Source: Candidatus Bathyarchaeota archaeon
GTDB lineage: Archaea > Thermoproteota > Bathyarchaeia > Hecatellales > Hecatellaceae
Direction of reading: 5' to 3'
Assembly (NCBI GenBank): GCA_052246995.1
Contig: JBQPWD010000001.1
Location: forward strand, 1-64,000
Length of the DNA stretch: 64,000 nt
Made by a program: the position numbers and the translations under genes. Under the pieces are notes generated by a model, which was not told the DNA's origin, did not search any database, and saw only the letters and a list, made by a program, of their open reading frames with translations. Positions 10,017 through 19,726 of the stretch are shown piece after piece. Numbering within the stretch: the first letter of the stretch is position 1; each line of letters begins with the position of its first letter.

Positions 10017-11531
10017 TTAAACTTGAATAGCACTCCAAGCAAGCTCTTCCCCAGCTTCTAACAGATTTTCAAGCTTGAAACCTAAAATTTTTAGAGCTTT
10101 ACTCCAACCAGCTAAACCTCCACCATGTTTAACAGCCTCCAAGATTAGTTCACCAAGCTTTTCATTACCGATGGATAAAGCTGCCTGAATTTGAGCGTGT
10201 CTAGGGTTTAAAGTTTCAACTACAAACCTTTTATCACCCTTTAAACCTGAAACTATTCTTTTATAGCACCTTTCAAGATACTCTAAAGATCTAATCTTGT
10301 AAAGTTGGAGAGGTGTGTGAGGTTTGGGTATAAATGGGTTAACACTTAATCTTACACCTCTAAAACCAAAACCGACGTCAGCAACCTTTTTGGCAAGGTT
10401 AACGATTTCATCTAAATCGTCAATAGTTTCGTTTGGAACACCAACCATAAAGTAAAGTTTAACATTTCTTATCCCCGCTTTAAAAGCTAGTTTGGCAGCC
10501 TCAACAACATCTTCATCACTAAAAAGCTTACCTAAATCTTTTCTAAGTTGCCAACATCCAGTTTCAGGTGCAAAAGTTACTGTTCGCTGTCTACCTTTAA
10601 CAAGACATCTAAAAAGCTTCTCAGAAACATTATCTACGGCTAATGATGGAACCGAAATTTCAGCGTAATTGTTTCCTAGGCTTATGATATATTCACATAA
10701 ATCTTCAAGTTTAGGGTAATAAGCCAAACCTGCACCTACAAGCGTAACCTTGTCAACACCAGTAAACCTTAAACCTTCAAAAATAATCTCTTCAAGTTTC
10801 CTTAAACTTCTAAACCTCATAGGCCAACCAATATGGGTTATAAGGCAAAACTTGCACTTTCTTGGACATCCTCTGACAACCTCAGCCATAAAAGTTTTAC
10901 CAAAAATAGGCATATAGGGGCTTTTAGAGTCAACCTCAGGTAAAACTTCGGCTAAAGGATGGGGCGCCTCATCCAGCTTTTCAACATAAACTCTCTTAGC
11001 TTTTAAAGCTTCAGCAGGAAAAAAACCATTTTTACCTTCAAAAACATTTAAAGATTTCTCTTTTAACGCCTGTTTTAAACCTTCAACAAAAAAATCTAGA
11101 ACAGGTTCAACTTCACCTACAACAAAAAGGTCTACAAAGTTTTTTATTGGAAATGGGTTCTCAGTAACACATGGTCCTCCCGCAACTATTAAAGGTTTAA
11201 ACCTTCTTTTCCACTTTGAAACTTCAATTCCTGAATCTGAAAGCATCTTTAAAGCATTAAGGTAGTCTTCCTCAAACTGGAATGTAAAAGCTACAACGTC
11301 AAACCTGCTCAATGGTTGATGAGACTCTAAACTTAATATGGCTTCTCCCTTTAATGGGAGAAAAAATCTTTCACAAACAACATCCTCCCTAGAGTTTAAA
11401 AGAGCGTAAAGAATCTGGATGGTGAAACCTGACATTCCAACCCTGTAGATGTTAGGGTAGCATAGGGCTACTTTAAGCTCAACTTTACGCCAATCCTTCT
11501 TAACAACATTTCTCTCCTTAAAATTCATCAA
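10017..11531 (-). CDS. Radical SAM protein with N-terminal B12-binding-like region
   Basis: YPN.YRVGMS, AGGPC.TENP, RGCPRKCKFC, APETG, KLYFMVG.P.ET. Confidence 0.85.
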   Translation of the reverse strand: MMNFKERNVVKKDWRKVELKVALCYPNIYRVGMSGFTIQILYALLNSREDVVCERFFLPLKGEAILSLESHQPLSRFDVVAFTFQFEEDYLNALKMLSDSGIEVSKWKRRFKPLIVAGGPCVTENPFPIKNFVDLFVVGEVEPVLDFFVEGLKQALKEKSLNVFEGKNGFFPAEALKAKRVYVEKLDEAPHPLAEVLPEVDSKSPYMPIFGKTFMAEVVRGCPRKCKFCLITHIGWPMRFRSLRKLEEIIFEGLRFTGVDKVTLVGAGLAYYPKLEDLCEYIISLGNNYAEISVPSLAVDNVSEKLFRCLVKGRQRTVTFAPETGCWQLRKDLGKLFSDEDVVEAAKLAFKAGIRNVKLYFMVGVPNETIDDLDEIVNLAKKVADVGFGFRGVRLSVNPFIPKPHTPLQLYKIRSLEYLERCYKRIVSGLKGDKRFVVETLNPRHAQIQAALSIGNEKLGELILEAVKHGGGLAGWSKALKILGFKLENLLEAGEELAWSAIQV

Positions 11532-12820
11532 AAGCTAGAATTCTCCAACTGACTTAAACTTTTAAACTTTAATTTTTGCTCAATTATAACTCGTGTATTC
11601 GGAGGGATATCTTGATAAACACAAACATTTGGACCTATTTGAGCGTTGGGCCCAACTCTTACCCCTGGCATTAAACTTACATTTATACCTGTTTGAACGT
11701 TATCCCCTAAAATAACTCCAAGTTTTTCTCTTCCACTATCAACAAGTTTACCTTTTAAAAACATTCTAACAGTTTTTCTATCAAATCTAAGGTTTCCAAC
11801 AAGCGTTCCTGCACCAAGATTACAATTTTCACCTATAATGCTATCTCCAATATAGGATAAATGAGGAATCTTAGAGTTATCCATAACTAAAGAGTTTTTA
11901 ACTTCACATCCACTTCCAACTTTAACATTTCTGCCAAGACTGGTGTAAGCTCTAAGGTAGCAGTTAGGTCCAATAGCTGAGTTTTCACCAACATAAACTG
12001 GGCCTTCAACGTATACCCCCGACTTTAAAATAGCATTTTTCTCAACAACAGCTAAACCTGAAATTTTAACATTTTTCTCAATTTTACCCTTAATTTTTGG
12101 TTGTTTAAGGCTTAGAAGATAGCGTTTGTTTGCTTCAAGTAAATCCCATGGTTTTCCAATATCAAGCCACTCCAAGTTTTTAACTTTCACGGTGTAAACC
12201 TCATATCCTTCACCAACCATAAGCCTAATAGCATCTGTAAGTTCAACTTCCCCTCTAACGGATTTTTCAACCTTACCTAAAAACTTGAAAACATCCTGGT
12301 TAAACACGTATACGCCCGCATTTACAAGTTTACTTAAAGGTTGACTGGGTTTTTCGATTAGATCCTTAACTTTACCATCATCATCCACCATGAGGACACC
12401 GTAATCTTCAGGGTTATCAACTTCAACAGCAGCTAAAATAGGTGAACCTTTTTTTCTATAAGCCCTATAAATTTTTGCTAAAACACCATCTGCAAGATAC
12501 AGGTCTCCATAGGTAACAATAAATTCTTCTTCAAGCATCTTATCCAAAATTTTTAAGGCATCACCAGTTCCAGAAATATCCTTCTGCCACACATACTTCA
12601 ACTTTAAACCTTTTTTTTCACCATCACCAAAAAACTTGATAATATTTTCACCAAGATAGCCTACAACAATGTAAACTTCCTTAACCTTTAAAGTTTTAAG
12701 CTGGTCTAGAAGATGGCTTAAAAGAGGCCTACCGCCGACAGGTAAAAGTGGTTTAGGTTTAGTTAAAGTTAAGGGTTGAAGTCTCTCGCCAACTCCGGCT
12801 GCCAGAATAACAGCCTTCAA
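11528..12820 (-). CDS. glmU: Bifunctional sugar-1-phosphate nucleotidylyltransferase/acetyltransferase (archaeal GlmU)
   Basis: KAVILAAG.GERL.PLT...PKPLL, RGEVELTDA, hexapeptide repeats, HLSYIGDS. Confidence 0.88.
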   Translation of the reverse strand: MKAVILAAGVGERLQPLTLTKPKPLLPVGGRPLLSHLLDQLKTLKVKEVYIVVGYLGENIIKFFGDGEKKGLKLKYVWQKDISGTGDALKILDKMLEEEFIVTYGDLYLADGVLAKIYRAYRKKGSPILAAVEVDNPEDYGVLMVDDDGKVKDLIEKPSQPLSKLVNAGVYVFNQDVFKFLGKVEKSVRGEVELTDAIRLMVGEGYEVYTVKVKNLEWLDIGKPWDLLEANKRYLLSLKQPKIKGKIEKNVKISGLAVVEKNAILKSGVYVEGPVYVGENSAIGPNCYLRAYTSLGRNVKVGSGCEVKNSLVMDNSKIPHLSYIGDSIIGENCNLGAGTLVGNLRFDRKTVRMFLKGKLVDSGREKLGVILGDNVQTGINVSLMPGVRVGPNAQIGPNVCVYQDIPPNTRVIIEQKLKFKSLSQLENSSF

Positions 12821-12831
12821 GCTTTAAAACC

Positions 12832-13449
12832 TTAACTTGAAGGTTGACTGGGAACTTCCTGCAAAATCTCTAAAGGTCTAGTTAAAAGCTTAGTTTTCAT
12901 TATGCCAACATGTCTTAAGGGTGCAATTTTCACCGCATGATTGTAAATGTCTGATGCAATCTTACCTAAAACAGCTTCTTGAACAAATTGCTCGTAGGTT
13001 AAGTTTTTACTTTTTTCGAGAATAACTTCACCCATAATTTTCCTTATACTCCTTTCCTTGGATGGTAGAAGCCTTCTTTTTGAGAAGGCTAAACCATAAA
13101 CCCTAATTTTCCACCTATCCTTGGTTTCAACATCAAATATTCCCTCAATTTTTGAGCTTCCACGACGTACAAGACTCCTAAGATATTCTCTACTATACTC
13201 ATGACCTTTAAATACTGTCTCAAGCCTTAAACCATCAACCTTAACAACTTGAAAGTAAATTTTAATATTCATATGTGAAAAATCTTTTTTTGTTAAATCG
13301 TAAAGTGTAACTTCGACAACCCTTCCAATAGCGTTTTCAGGGTTTGTTACAGGAATTAAAGCTATTTCATGACCTCCAAAATATTTTGGAGCATAAACTG
13401 TACACCATGTTTTTAAACGCCACTTATCCCTAACCTTGCTACTGGACAT
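12832..13449 (-). CDS. rps3ae: 30S ribosomal protein S3Ae (eS1)
   Basis: RDKW..K.W..VYAP..FG, GRVVEVTLYDL, YLRSLVRRGSSKI. Confidence 0.95.
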   Translation of the reverse strand: MSSSKVRDKWRLKTWCTVYAPKYFGGHEIALIPVTNPENAIGRVVEVTLYDLTKKDFSHMNIKIYFQVVKVDGLRLETVFKGHEYSREYLRSLVRRGSSKIEGIFDVETKDRWKIRVYGLAFSKRRLLPSKERSIRKIMGEVILEKSKNLTYEQFVQEAVLGKIASDIYNHAVKIAPLRHVGIMKTKLLTRPLEILQEVPSQPSS

Positions 13450-13495
13450 TTCGCCTCAAACCTTTAACCTCAACACGATAAACATAGACAATTAA

Positions 13496-15058
13496 TCAAC
13501 CTTTAAAACTTTTAGGCCAGAGAAGCGTTCTAGGCAGTTTATACTCGCCAAATCTACGTTTAACCTCTAAAGGCCAATCTTCAACATTTAAACCATGGGT
13601 TGAAAGGAGTGCGGTAACCCATCTTGAAACACCCAACCCTGTACATCCTGTCCATATTTCTCTATTTTTAGCTTCATGAATACTAAAACTTTTAACAAAC
13701 TTATCTTTATGTACAAAACAACCCGCAATTTCAAGCCATTCAACCTTACTCCTTTCACCACGATACGGCAGGTAAACCTCAACATCAAATGCTGCAACAT
13801 TTTCACTTTTACTTACATCTCCAACCTCTCCCCCTTTCATGTAAAATGGTGTTGCTGCAACAACGCGCCACTCAAGTTCTAAAACTTTATCAACAACTTT
13901 AACAACCTCATCAACAACAGAATCTCTAACCTCAACAACTTGTTTAGGTGTTCCAATGTAAACAAGTTCAATCCTTCTGAACTCTTGAAGTCTGGCTAGA
14001 CCTTCAACACCACCACCCTCCCAACGGTAGGTCCAACCGGACCTATCATAAAGCTTAAATGGTAAATCTTCAACCCTTAACGTTTCATGGCTAAAAAACT
14101 GCCAAAACGGTTCACATTGAGCTGGTGCTAGAACATATTCAGGGTCTTTAATAATCCTTTTTAACAGATCCCTTGGAACAGTTTTTGTAAGCTTAACAGC
14201 TTCTTTAAACTCTTCAAATGCTTCAGGATCTCTTGGTGGAGGACAAACATAGTACATTCCTTCAGGAATTTCCTCAAGATATCCCGGCATCCTTTGCATA
14301 ACGTCTAACGGTATAAGCTTAGGCAGCATAAACGGCTGGAAATTAAGTTTATGGACAACCTCATCTAAAAGTAGGCCTTCAATAGCCTCTAAAAGCTTAG
14401 CATAAGGAGTAGTGTAGATCCATTGACCCCTACCAGGAAACTCTTTAATCCAACCATAATCCAAACAAGCTTTGGCAGGGTCCTCACAAAATTTGACCTT
14501 TTTAGGCTGAGATTGCCTAACAACAAGGGTTTTAACAGTAATTTCCTTGGTTTTTTCAAGTTTTTCAAGATTTTCTTTTATAATGCTAAAAGCCCTATCA
14601 GGTACGCTTGTTTTAAGCTCGGTTTCACTCATAGGTTTAAGTTTAACATATAATTTTCCGTTTTCGAGCTTAACTTCGTCAACATAAGTTAAACTTTTAA
14701 TTTTACCTAAAACTTCCTCAGAAATCTCTTTAACTGGAATTTGAAAAATTGCTGTTGAAACTTCAACTCTTCTTAAACCAATCTTAAATTTTAACCCAAA
14801 ATCTTCAGCTAGAATTTTTCTAAACCTTAAAGCTAGGCTTGTTGGCCTAATCTTTGGATTTGAAGTAAAATTCATAGTTAAAACATTTTCGTTTAAACTC
14901 AGAACTTCAATTTTTACTTTTTCTAAATCGTCCTTGTAAGTTTTTCTAAATGCTTCAAGAGTTTTTTCGACAACTTCCCTAACGCTTCCGTTTAAACCTT
15001 TAACGCTATGGCTCATTGTAAAGTTACATGTAATGCTTAGCTTAACATCCTCCTGCAA
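13496..15058 (-). CDS. serS: Serine--tRNA ligase, type 2 (methanogen-type, Zn-dependent)
   Basis: 520 aa; KIGLR.VEV, GRGQW, YYVCPP.RDP, AQCEPFW, DRSGWTYRWEGGG, EFRRIE, WTGCTGLG. Confidence 0.92.
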   Translation of the reverse strand: MQEDVKLSITCNFTMSHSVKGLNGSVREVVEKTLEAFRKTYKDDLEKVKIEVLSLNENVLTMNFTSNPKIRPTSLALRFRKILAEDFGLKFKIGLRRVEVSTAIFQIPVKEISEEVLGKIKSLTYVDEVKLENGKLYVKLKPMSETELKTSVPDRAFSIIKENLEKLEKTKEITVKTLVVRQSQPKKVKFCEDPAKACLDYGWIKEFPGRGQWIYTTPYAKLLEAIEGLLLDEVVHKLNFQPFMLPKLIPLDVMQRMPGYLEEIPEGMYYVCPPPRDPEAFEEFKEAVKLTKTVPRDLLKRIIKDPEYVLAPAQCEPFWQFFSHETLRVEDLPFKLYDRSGWTYRWEGGGVEGLARLQEFRRIELVYIGTPKQVVEVRDSVVDEVVKVVDKVLELEWRVVAATPFYMKGGEVGDVSKSENVAAFDVEVYLPYRGERSKVEWLEIAGCFVHKDKFVKSFSIHEAKNREIWTGCTGLGVSRWVTALLSTHGLNVEDWPLEVKRRFGEYKLPRTLLWPKSFKG

Positions 15059-15306
15059 CCTGCCACCTCCCTTAAAGTTTTTTCTGCAAGCTGGAAACTT
15101 GCTAAAACATCGTCTACGGTTGAAAGAAAAGTTTCAAAGCTTTTTTTACATTCAATATAGGTTAAAATTTTTTTATCTCTACACCATGTTTTAACTTTTA
15201 AACCCTCTGGTGTTGGAACATTATCCGGAGATATGCTACCCGCTAAAATTTTAGCATATTTTGCACTTTTAACAGGAATAGTAATTTTGGCTTTGAAGGC
15301 TTTCAC
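15037..15306 (-). CDS. KEOPS complex Pcc1-like subunit (probably the Pcc2 paralog)
   Basis: SISPDN...P and STVDDVL motifs; lies in the rps15-DHH-pcc-serS-rps3ae cluster. Confidence 0.75.
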   Translation of the reverse strand: MKAFKAKITIPVKSAKYAKILAGSISPDNVPTPEGLKVKTWCRDKKILTYIECKKSFETFLSTVDDVLASFQLAEKTLREVAGCRRMLS

Positions 15307-15346
15307 GTAACATCCTTAAACTTAATGTTTTCGGTTAAATAAAAGT

Positions 15347-16792
15347 TTAGCTTTTAGTTCTTTCCAGCACTTTACCAATCGTCATGTTAACATGTTTAAT
15401 AAATTCCCATTCACTTTTTTCCGGTATGGTTGCACCAGCAGCAATGTTGTGTCCGCCACCTTTACCATCAAACTTTTCTGAAACCTCCTGCATGATTAAA
15501 CCTAAGTTTAAACCCTTATCTACAAGAATTTGGCTTGCACGAGCTGAAATCTTAATTTTACCATCTTTTGTTTTTGTTAATGCTATAACTGGTTTATCAA
15601 GTTTAAAGTTGAAGGAATTTGAAAGTATTGAAGCTATGGGGCTAAGCATCTTCTCATCAACAACGTTATGGCATTTAACCACGTAGACATTTTCATCTTC
15701 AACAATCAGTTTATCCTTTTTCTCCATTAAAACACTGATATAACCTCCAATAGTTTTACGGTACTCATTTAAAAGATTTTGAGCCTCGTCGAGAAACTCA
15801 TCTCTACAACCAAGACATAAACTTACAGCAAGTCCAGGTTTACCCATTTTTACACATGCGTTAAGAAGAGCAGCATATTCACGTGCATCTCTAAGCGGAG
15901 TCCACTTATCCTCCAAGGTAAAACTATAAACACAGCCTATCAGCTGAAAAATTGAATCCTCTGTAAAACCTTTAGATGTAAGATAAACTGTAAGTTGTGA
16001 AAAAATTTTCTCCTTCTCCTCCTTACTTAAATCTACAAGTGAACGCCACCTATCATCAACCTTAACAGGTATCCCTAAACCTGTAAGAAAACTTAAACAT
16101 CTATCCTCCTCACCACTAAGTCCAGGTATGAAGGGGTTCATTGTTGTAGCTATAGCCTTGTGAACAGGTCTTGTCTCCCTACCATAAAAAAGTAGGTCTG
16201 TTTCAACATTAACAAGCCCAGCTTTTTCAGCATCTTCAACGACAAGCTTGTTTAAGCTTTGAAGACATCTATTTCTACCCTTATCTTGAAGGTCTCCTAA
16301 AGCTCCAACAATAGCTAAGCATGAAAGGTCTATGTTATTTTCACTCATGTTTTTTGCAACAAAGTAGCATACACTTGAACCACTAACCTCCGAAGCACCG
16401 TCAATCCCGTAAAGCATAGGATTTAAATGAAGAACGTTTTTAGGGTTTAAGTTTAAAGGTTTATGGTGGTCTAAAACGATAATCTTTAAATTTTCAGGCA
16501 TATTTTTCTGCAAAATATCGAGGTAGCCGCTTCCAATTTCAGCAAAAAAGTAAATGTTTGAAGATATCTCTTTAATCTCCCTTAATACCTCTTCATCAAT
16601 TCTGTCTATAATTCTTAAAAGAAACTTTCCTCCAAGCTTATAGATAGCCTTTCCAATTATTGAGCCCGCAGCAACTCCATCGGCATCGCTATGAGCAAAA
16701 ATTGGAATAAATTCTTCAGCTTTAACAAGTTTGACAATCTCCTCCGCAATAATTTTACAATCTTTAAAAAAATCCTCAAACCTTTTATTCAT
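15347..16792 (-). CDS. DHH/DHHA1 family phosphoesterase (RecJ-like)
   Basis: HSDADG, LDHH, VGALGDLQ, GGGHNIAAGA. Confidence 0.9.
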   Translation of the reverse strand: MNKRFEDFFKDCKIIAEEIVKLVKAEEFIPIFAHSDADGVAAGSIIGKAIYKLGGKFLLRIIDRIDEEVLREIKEISSNIYFFAEIGSGYLDILQKNMPENLKIIVLDHHKPLNLNPKNVLHLNPMLYGIDGASEVSGSSVCYFVAKNMSENNIDLSCLAIVGALGDLQDKGRNRCLQSLNKLVVEDAEKAGLVNVETDLLFYGRETRPVHKAIATTMNPFIPGLSGEEDRCLSFLTGLGIPVKVDDRWRSLVDLSKEEKEKIFSQLTVYLTSKGFTEDSIFQLIGCVYSFTLEDKWTPLRDAREYAALLNACVKMGKPGLAVSLCLGCRDEFLDEAQNLLNEYRKTIGGYISVLMEKKDKLIVEDENVYVVKCHNVVDEKMLSPIASILSNSFNFKLDKPVIALTKTKDGKIKISARASQILVDKGLNLGLIMQEVSEKFDGKGGGHNIAAGATIPEKSEWEFIKHVNMTIGKVLERTKS

Positions 16793-16808
16793 AGATTAAA
16801 ATAAACCT

Positions 16809-17267
16809 CTAAAGAAAAGACCCTACCTTAGGCTCATAACGCCAGTCTGGTGGAAGAACTCCCTCCCTCTTATAATACTCTGAAAGCCTATGAATTTTAG
16901 ATTCTAAAAGCTGAAGATTGTGAATGTTCATACGGTCGCCTCTATTTTTCTCCAAATGTCTAACCATTCTTTCAGCTTTTTTAAGCAGGTTTGAAAGGTC
17001 TTCAGGGGTCTTTGGGGCTAAGTTATGACTCCTAAGAATTTGAAGGATACTTTTATCAGTTATAGCCTTAACAAGCGGAACACCATGCTGGTCTCTAAGA
17101 ATTTGGCCTATCATACTTGGAGAATAACCTTCTTTTGCAAGTTTAACAACTAAAGCTTCAACCTCATCGGCTCTATACTTACACCATGAGGGTACTCTTT
17201 TAAACACTGGTCTCGTTGAATGCGACTTACCTCTTTTATGGGAGTGAGTTCTCGCCATAAAATTCAC
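16809..17267 (-). CDS. rps15: 30S ribosomal protein S15 (uS15)
   Basis: MAR.H..KRGKSHSTRP, SMIG.ILRDQHG, ESKIHRL..YYK. Confidence 0.96.
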   Translation of the reverse strand: MNFMARTHSHKRGKSHSTRPVFKRVPSWCKYRADEVEALVVKLAKEGYSPSMIGQILRDQHGVPLVKAITDKSILQILRSHNLAPKTPEDLSNLLKKAERMVRHLEKNRGDRMNIHNLQLLESKIHRLSEYYKREGVLPPDWRYEPKVGSFL

Positions 17268-17383
17268 CTAGATTCAACAGAATTATGGTTATAGATACTT
17301 ACTTATAAGGTCAACTTTTACAGAGAATTCGACAAGAAATCCTAAAAACCTTAATTATGAGGGAATAGTGAATAGTTTCTAGG

Positions 17384-17971
17384 CTAGTGTTGATAGGCTT
17401 TAGTTGAAGAGTTAGTAAAGTTTCTAAACCACCTAAAAAATGCTTTAAAAGCTTTTGACCTATGAGAAAACCTGTTTTTTTCTTCAACGCTCATTTCAGC
17501 AAAGGTTTTTCCAGAATTTTTAGGTTTAAATATCGGATCAAAGCCAAAGCCTTGCCTTCCACGAGGATTACTAACAATTACCCCATCAACTTTACCATTA
17601 AAAACTCTAGGTGGAATGTTTGGAGAGCCAAAAGCAATAACCGACAAAAAGTAGGCTTTCCTGTTTTTAACATTAAGCATAAGCTTCAAAATTCCTTCAA
17701 AACCAATAGTCTTATAAATGTAAGATGAGTAGGGGCCTGGAAAACCTTTAAGAGAGGAAATAAACAAACCTGAATCCTCAACAAAAACAGGAAGATGATA
17801 TTCGTCTAAAACACTTTTAAGGCTAGTTAAGGCTATTTGTTCAAGATTTTCAGATTGAATTTCAACACCTTTAAAATCTAAATGCTTAACCTTAATATTG
17901 TATTTTAAAGCTAAACTTTCAATTTCTTTAAACTTTCCAGCATTACTGGTTGCAAAATAAACCTCATTCAT
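17384..17971 (-). CDS. rdgB: Non-canonical purine NTP pyrophosphatase RdgB/HAM1
   Basis: ATSNAGK, EDSGL, GFPGPYS, GFGFDPIF, KNRFSHR. Confidence 0.93.
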   Translation of the reverse strand: MNEVYFATSNAGKFKEIESLALKYNIKVKHLDFKGVEIQSENLEQIALTSLKSVLDEYHLPVFVEDSGLFISSLKGFPGPYSSYIYKTIGFEGILKLMLNVKNRKAYFLSVIAFGSPNIPPRVFNGKVDGVIVSNPRGRQGFGFDPIFKPKNSGKTFAEMSVEEKNRFSHRSKAFKAFFRWFRNFTNSSTKAYQH

Positions 17972-18251
17972 TAAGTATTAAAACGCTTAAAAACCTTTAA
18001 GTTTAATGTCCACCTCTTACTATATCTTTAAAAATTTTTAACTTCATTTTGAAGTTTGACAATTTTTCAAAACACTTAAATGTTTCAGGATTTTTACTAT
18101 AAGCTCTATTATATTCAATTTTTTTTCTGATGGCCAATAGGAAATGTAGATTGGATGCTACTATAAGTAGAAAATAAAGTTAAGACATATTTTGAAAAAT
18201 TTACTTAAAAACTGTTACACACGCAACCCTTAAACCTGGAAATGTGTCAGT

Positions 18252-19712
18252 TTAACTATGACTAAAATTTTTTATCCTCGAAAGTTTATCTCTAACAATC
18301 TTGTTTGTTAATGCAGGGTCAGCCAATCCATTGGTTGCCTCCATAATTTTCCCTATTAGGAAGTTTACTGCTTTTTCGTCAAACAACGCATCTCTCACGG
18401 CTTTTTCGTTTTCTCTGAAAATTTTTTCAGTTACAACCTCAATTGTGTTTACATCAAAAATCCTCCTCCAACCTTTTTCCTCAGTAATTGTTAAGGCTGT
18501 TTTACCTGTCTTCATCATTTCCCATAAAACTTTCTTAGCAATTTTAACGCTTATAACCCCTTCATCCATTAATTTTAACATTTCAGCTAAATGTTTAGGT
18601 GTAACTTTACAATTTCTAACCGAAGTATCTAAACTATAAATACATTGGAGGAAGTCACCCATAAGCCAGTTTGCAATAAGTTTAGGTTTATTGTAGAGTT
18701 TTGCACATTCCTCAAAAAAATCAGCTAAACTTTTATCGGAAACCAGAACTTCAGCATCATACTCCGGAAGCCTATATTGAGTGGTAAAACGCTCCTTTCT
18801 AGCATCTGGAAGCTCAGGCATTTGTATCTTAATTTTTGTTATAAAATCTTCATCGATTACTATTGGACATAAATCTGGTTCCATAAAATACCTGTAATCT
18901 TTTTCCTCTTCCTTCACACGTAAACCTACTGTTATTTTTCTAGCTTCATCCCAGTGTCTAGTTTCCATTCCAACCTTAATACCCTTCTTTAAAAGCCCCT
19001 TTTGTCTAACAATCTCATAACCTAAAGCTCTTTCAACATCCTTAAATGAAGAAATATTTTTAACTTCAACTCTCCCTCCACCCTCAACAGAAACATTTGC
19101 GTCGCACCTCATAGAACCCTCAAGGCTACCATCAAAAACACCTAGATGCTCAAGAACAGACCTAAGCTTCTGTAAAAAACTTCTAGTTTCACTAGGCTCC
19201 TTAAAATCAGGTTCGGTTACAACCTCAAGTAATGCAACACCAGACCTGTTATAATCTATCAACGTGTAAGGTGCAAAACCTAAACCACCTGGATGGTAAA
19301 GTTTGCCAGGGTCTTCCTCCAAGTGAATTCTTTTAATCCTGATGGTTCTTTTTTCTCCGTTAACGGTAAATGTTACATAACCATTTGAAGCTAAAGGTTC
19401 AAAACCCTCTAAGTCGTACTGGGATATTTGAAAGTTCTTTGGTAAATCTGGGTAAAAGTAGTTTTTACGTGCAAAAATCGTCATTTTTGCAGGTTTACAG
19501 TTTAAGGCCAAAGCAACCATAACCGCATACTCAACGGCTTTTCTGTTTAAAACAGGAAGTGAACCAGGTAGACCTAAACATACCGGACAAACATTTGTAT
19601 TTGGAGGCTTACCCCTATAATCTGAGGGACATCCACAAAAAAGTTTCGTGTTTAAGCTTGTAAGTTGACAATGAACCTCCAGTCCAATTTTGGTTTTAAC
19701 ATCTTCAACCAT
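18252..19712 (-). CDS. gatB: Asp-tRNA(Asn)/Glu-tRNA(Gln) amidotransferase subunit B
   Basis: IGLEVHCQL, RKNYFYPDLPK.FQISQY, DYNRSG..LLE.VTEP, DYRYF.EPDL. Confidence 0.96.
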   Translation of the reverse strand: MVEDVKTKIGLEVHCQLTSLNTKLFCGCPSDYRGKPPNTNVCPVCLGLPGSLPVLNRKAVEYAVMVALALNCKPAKMTIFARKNYFYPDLPKNFQISQYDLEGFEPLASNGYVTFTVNGEKRTIRIKRIHLEEDPGKLYHPGGLGFAPYTLIDYNRSGVALLEVVTEPDFKEPSETRSFLQKLRSVLEHLGVFDGSLEGSMRCDANVSVEGGGRVEVKNISSFKDVERALGYEIVRQKGLLKKGIKVGMETRHWDEARKITVGLRVKEEEKDYRYFMEPDLCPIVIDEDFITKIKIQMPELPDARKERFTTQYRLPEYDAEVLVSDKSLADFFEECAKLYNKPKLIANWLMGDFLQCIYSLDTSVRNCKVTPKHLAEMLKLMDEGVISVKIAKKVLWEMMKTGKTALTITEEKGWRRIFDVNTIEVVTEKIFRENEKAVRDALFDEKAVNFLIGKIMEATNGLADPALTNKIVRDKLSRIKNFSHS

Positions 19713-19726
19713 GTTTCCTAAACTCC

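Noticed and set aside
18004-18140. Short minus-strand open frame upstream of rdgB (possible Bud32/Kae1 remnant)
   Set aside because: No recognisable motif or RBS; likely a chance frame in AT-rich DNA.
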